From IMG/VR virus record IMGVR_UViG_2531839666_000027: a stretch of DNA of 24,381 nucleotides; one strand, given 5' to 3'. A program made the position numbers and the translations under genes. Shown here piece after piece: positions 22,427 to 24,381 of this stretch. The notes below the pieces were generated by a model. That model searched no databases. It was not told the DNA's origin and saw nothing but the letters and a program-made list of their open reading frames with translations. Within the stretch, counting starts at the first letter, position 1. Each line of letters begins with the position of its first letter. The stretch comes from a virus. Lineage: Duplodnaviria > Heunggongvirae > Uroviricota > Caudoviricetes.

Positions 22427-23100
22427 AGCCTGCTTCTCCTTGCCTTTCGGCACGTAAGAGGCTAACCTACATATGTCTAGCATGAAATTGGCCTCAGATT
22501 AATGTTAAGCGTCTTGCAGGACGCGTAATGTTAACTGGGGCTTTTCTCTATCTGCCGTTGGTGTTCATGCCCGAGGCAGATAGCCTCAAGCACCCGCAGC
22601 CATTCTACTTAACTACCGTTACCTCGCCAATGTGAAATCAGTCAGAAAGGCGATCCATAAGAACAATAGCAAGACAATAAATCGCCATTACAGCCGTAAT
22701 AGCCAGCGCACATTTGAGAACCAGCACCACAACCTCCTGTATTGGACGTAGACCAGTCCTGATGAATATGAGGCTGTCTCGTCAGTGATTCAATACAACT
22801 ATTGGGTATAGTTTCTCTGATTTTTTCTGTGGAAATGGGGCACAACCACTAGTCACCACCAGCACTTCTTTTAATACGCAAAGTCCGACACAAGCTAACC
22901 TTCTAGTCCGCTTTGAGCGAAAAACAGCCATAATTTAGTGCCACGTATATAATGATAGAGCTATTCAAGCTAGCAATTCACATGTAAAAATTCAGAGGGT
23001 AGAAGCACATAGTTATAAATGTTGGCTCCATCGACAAATTGCGGTCTCAAGTACATTTATTAATGTTGCCCCCGCATTAACAAATCATCAAGGTGACGAC

Positions 23101-24381
23101 ATGGACGATATTAATATCAGCCTCGACGAACTTAACACTATTGATTTATCCCCCTTAATCCAGAGTAAGCTGCCAGTTACCTGCTTTGATATCACAAAGT
23201 ATCTTTCTAGCCTAGGTGATGGAAGAGCGGAGATAAGACTGCTAACCCATATTTGCGGTTTTCACTTTCGTCCCGAAAATCCACAGGTACCATTTGGTCC
23301 GTGCTTTCAAAGCAGCCAAGGTAGATCTGCAATTCCGGATGACATTAACGGGTTGTCGCTGGAGGTACTTTCTCAATTTTGCCCGACGATAGAGCTACCC
23401 GAACTTCAAGCTCGTATTGCTGATACACTTTGGGTTCGTAAAATTGGTGGAATCCGTTTTCCTTTGCTGGCAGTCCGTGCTTATTATGCGTCCAGTATAG
23501 CTATTATGACATCGCAAGGGACGTGGGTTAGTGCTTTAGAACGCCTAGAGCGTGCGCTTAGGCTGTGTTGTTTTTTTCGAAAGCATACTGATTTCAGGGA
23601 TGAATTTGATCAGCTTTCGGCACATCTACTAGCAGAGTATGAACGTACCAGAGAACAAGGCGATTCACCTTATCCGCTGCGACTCCTGCAACTCGATATC
23701 GACTGTAAAGTGAGTGAGCCATCTTTTATTGCCCAGGAACTCCTGTTTCTGACAAAAAACTATCTGGCTCAAAAATTATTTTCATTTGCCGTCGATGCCT
23801 GTAAAACCGCAATCCCGATTGCGAATAGGTGCTGTGACAGAGATACACAGTTTGAATTCTGGCGGCTTCTTGCCGATACACATCTGGAAGAGTCAAAATT
23901 CCAAGATGGCGGTATGATTTCGGCAGCCTGCATGCAGAATGCTATTGAAGCACTGGCTAATATTCCAGGAACCCGAATAGAACGTCTTGCGCTGTATGAA
24001 GAAATGCGTGATTACCAAATCGAATCCCGTCACCAGATGTCTATCCTTCAGTCTCCCCCTCAAGATATTAGTGAGATTGTCCATCAAGCCAAGAGTCGGG
24101 TAGTCGGAAGAGATTTGTTTGATATGGTTTTCAGACTTGCGATGCTGGTCTGTCGGCCAACCAGCATTGAGAGACTTAAGGCTCAAGCAATAGAACAAAA
24201 GGCCAACAGCATAGCTTGGATGTTTGGATCAACACATATTGATCATGAGGGAATGACACTTGCTCGCATACCCGCAGGATTGGGGATTGATGATGCAAAT
24301 GGGGCAGTTATTTGGCCCATAATGATGACGAGAATGCGTATTGAACCGCCCCGGTTTTCCGGGAGAGTGTTTTATCTGTGA
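23101..24381 (+). CDS. hypothetical protein, 426 aa, function unknown; opposite strand to the prophage late genes
   Basis: Complete ORF ATG 23101 to TGA 24379-24381, preceded by an AT-rich promoter-like region; no Walker A, HNH, DDE or other motif recognised by eye. Confidence 0.7.
   Translation: MDDINISLDELNTIDLSPLIQSKLPVTCFDITKYLSSLGDGRAEIRLLTHICGFHFRPENPQVPFGPCFQSSQGRSAIPDDINGLSLEVLSQFCPTIELPELQARIADTLWVRKIGGIRFPLLAVRAYYASSIAIMTSQGTWVSALERLERALRLCCFFRKHTDFRDEFDQLSAHLLAEYERTREQGDSPYPLRLLQLDIDCKVSEPSFIAQELLFLTKNYLAQKLFSFAVDACKTAIPIANRCCDRDTQFEFWRLLADTHLEESKFQDGGMISAACMQNAIEALANIPGTRIERLALYEEMRDYQIESRHQMSILQSPPQDISEIVHQAKSRVVGRDLFDMVFRLAMLVCRPTSIERLKAQAIEQKANSIAWMFGSTHIDHEGMTLARIPAGLGIDDANGAVIWPIMMTRMRIEPPRFSGRVFYL

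Noticed and set aside
22642-22845. ORF 22642..22845 (-), 67 aa, Cys/Gly-rich
   Set aside because: No RBS or recognisable fold; probably chance ORF in the hokD upstream region. It was not checked against RelE/RelB by alignment.

Overview
The window is the late (lysis and packaging) arm of a decaying lambdoid prophage of the E. coli Qin type, integrated beside an N-terminally truncated ydfJ-like MFS transporter gene. Gene names are from recollection of E. coli K-12 Qin homologs, not from a database search. In rising coordinates, with phage genes mostly on the minus strand: ydfJ(-), ydfK(+), pin invertase(+), tfa(-), a 5'-truncated side tail fibre stf(-) with a tripled 132-bp internal repeat, an IS911-like IS3-family element, a 3'-truncated prohead protease, portal, W-like head-tail joining gene, large and small terminase, a lambda-like cos site, ynfO/ydfO/gnsB/ynfN morons, cspI, a phage-21-type lysis cassette (Rz/Rz1, SAR endolysin, ydfR, pinholin), cspB, a cspF-like relic, Q antiterminator, DUF968/HNH ydfU, rem, hokD, and an unrecognised 426-aa plus-strand gene at the far end. 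The IS sits exactly at a deletion junction that removed the whole head-tail morphogenesis block. The most striking pattern is a high density of frameshift lesions in otherwise conserved genes, several in poly-A runs (large terminase, gnsB, Q, IS slippery site, endolysin, cspF-like, ydfU, IS orfB); this is either real pseudogenisation or systematic indel error in the assembly. No tRNA, rRNA or CRISPR array was seen. The best candidate for something undescribed is the 426-aa gene at 23101-24381, which sits where relBE would be expected, but I could not assign it to any family by eye.
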